Shown here: one piece after another, positions 62,228-64,000 of the stretch | Layout of the letters: each line of letters starts with the position of its first letter | How positions within the stretch are numbered: the first letter of the stretch is position 1 | Origin: Macrostomum lignano | Taxonomy: Eukaryota | NCBI GenBank assembly: GCA_002269645.1 | Contig: NIVC01000769.1 | Span: 1 to 64,000, forward strand | Direction: 5' to 3' | Length of the DNA stretch: 64,000 nucleotides | Program-made: the position numbers and the translations under genes | Notes under the pieces: model-generated | Told to the model about the DNA's origin: nothing | The model's database searches: none | The model's input: only the letters and a program-made list of their open reading frames with translations

Positions 62228-64000
62228 GCCACGGCCGTGCTGGGGAAAATTCGGTTCAGATCAGGTTAGAGACGCCAAAAACTTTGACCGAATAGAGGAC
62301 TGCATAATCAAATTAAAACATGCCAAGTTTATGAGGTTCAAGCTCTTCAAATCAAAATACTAATACACTTTTTATTATGACTAAGAGGCTATTAATAACT
62401 TATAATTGCGAAAAGATTTTGTTGACGGAGCCAGTTTTTAATAGTGTATTATTAAAATGTGTGTACGCATCTCCTTTGCTTTGTACACGTAGAAATTTGT
62501 GTTTAAAATAAATTTTGCAATATGCAGAATGTTGCGCAGACTTGAGGCGTAGAGTTCCATGTGCCATGTGTTTTTAGAAAGTTGTGGTTTTATGTGGTTA
62601 AATAATAAATTGTCATGATTAAAACGATTTAAATTTTGAAATCAAATATATTACTGAACAAAAGTAGTTCGTTGTTCACACTTAGAAATTTCGTAAAATG
62701 TCAAACGAGTATTTTTTAATATTCATTACTTTATTAACAATTATGACAACTTAGGCTCATAGAGGGGAGTCCCTAATTATGCCCTTGCTTGTTCGCCTCT
62801 ATCCCAAAGTCCAACTTTTGTCGCTCTTTTGCCAAACCCAACTTCTTTGTGTCACTGTGAGCAAAATGATGTATCATTTGTGTACCATGATTACTCGGGC
62901 TCCACTTTATATGCTTAAGTTGACAGGCCCTCTCTAGTAGTTAATGAAAGAAGGCTTAGCTGCCATGAAATCAATACTTCTTAACTACAAGTATTCCATT
63001 ACTTCCCGTGTCGGTCTTAGCGTCATGGTTGCTGACGTTAAAAAATTCAAATATCAAAATATCAAAGGTTTGCAAGTTTGTGAGAAATAAAAATTCTAGT
63101 ATTTTTCAAGTAATAAAACAAGCAAATAGAGCAAAATAGGCACCAGCCACAGCTGGCAGCAGCTTTACAGGACTCGAATTTGTTTTTATTGGCTTCAGCT
63201 TTCACCTCTCAGAGACTCAGTATTGGGTTGGCCAGCGTCTACAAGGAAAGAAAATCGTTTAAGTGTTTTACTGTTTTATGACCAAGGAATCTCGGAATTC
63301 TTTCTGCCAACCTCAGGAGTCTTTTATCTCTCATCAGCCCTAATGCTCTAGATCCTCATGGAGCTCTGCCTAGCAAAACTGGATATAACTGGAATGGAAG
63401 CAGCTGAAGGCGCATTCTCCATTCTTCCCATTCGTTCCCGCTTAAAAAATTGCTTTCTGTTCTGCCCGCCTCCCCTCCACCTTTTCGTCTCCACTCTGCA
63501 GAGCCTCCCCTCCCTCCAGTAAAATGTCATTAGGATAGAGTACGCTTTCTGTCGCTCTTTCTCGGCCTCTGTATTCGCTCCTATCTTTTTTAAGTCCTTA
63601 TCAGGTGATAATAGTGAAATTATGAAAGCCAATCTTCGAAATTAATGCAGGCAGCTCAACAACAATCTGTTAATTTAACAGCGATCAAAAGTGACCTGTG
63701 CTCAGCATTATACTGTCTGCGTAGCACAAGCGTAACACGGCGTAACCCTGCAGTCTCTATAGTAAGGGTAGGTAGAGTGCTTGCTTAACTGTTTCGCCAC
63801 TGCCCCCTTAACATTTGACACACTTCATGTGTTGCATTTGACACATCCATGCAACACATTGCCAGTAGGCTGTGAGAAGCACATCGCTATTCTTGCTGGC
63901 GTGTCTAAAAATTCCTATCCATAATTCCTCGAACCGGTTCTGGCATCCAGAGCTGAGAACCGGTTAAACCAGCTTTCAAGATCTGAGTACAAACAGGTAT

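Noticed and set aside
63348-63632. 94-aa minus-strand ORF
   Set aside because: No recognisable motif or splice support.

Overview
AT-rich eukaryotic (invertebrate animal) genomic DNA, not prokaryotic. The 40-41 nt putative introns and GC-rich exons would fit a flatworm, but that is only a guess. Three conserved spliced genes are on the + strand: mitochondrial processing peptidase beta (21214-23282), an SLC26 anion transporter (50954-54054) and retinol saturase (59525-62227). There are two intronless orphan membrane-protein ORFs and a candidate spliced 62-aa microprotein. Most of the remainder is transposon-derived: the 5' part of a BEL/Pao LTR retrotransposon (1-~3834, minus), a LINE fragment, hAT, MULE/foldback, Tc1/mariner and P-like non-autonomous elements (many with verifiable TIRs and TSDs), a Crypton fragment and a 1.5 kb polypyrimidine tract. 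The most unusual structure is a 3'-truncated DIRS/Ngaro-type tyrosine-recombinase retroelement (54676-57860) sitting between two identical 195-bp direct repeats. Its SAP-domain Gag is separated from Pol by a single in-frame UGA. All calls were made by eye, with no database searches.
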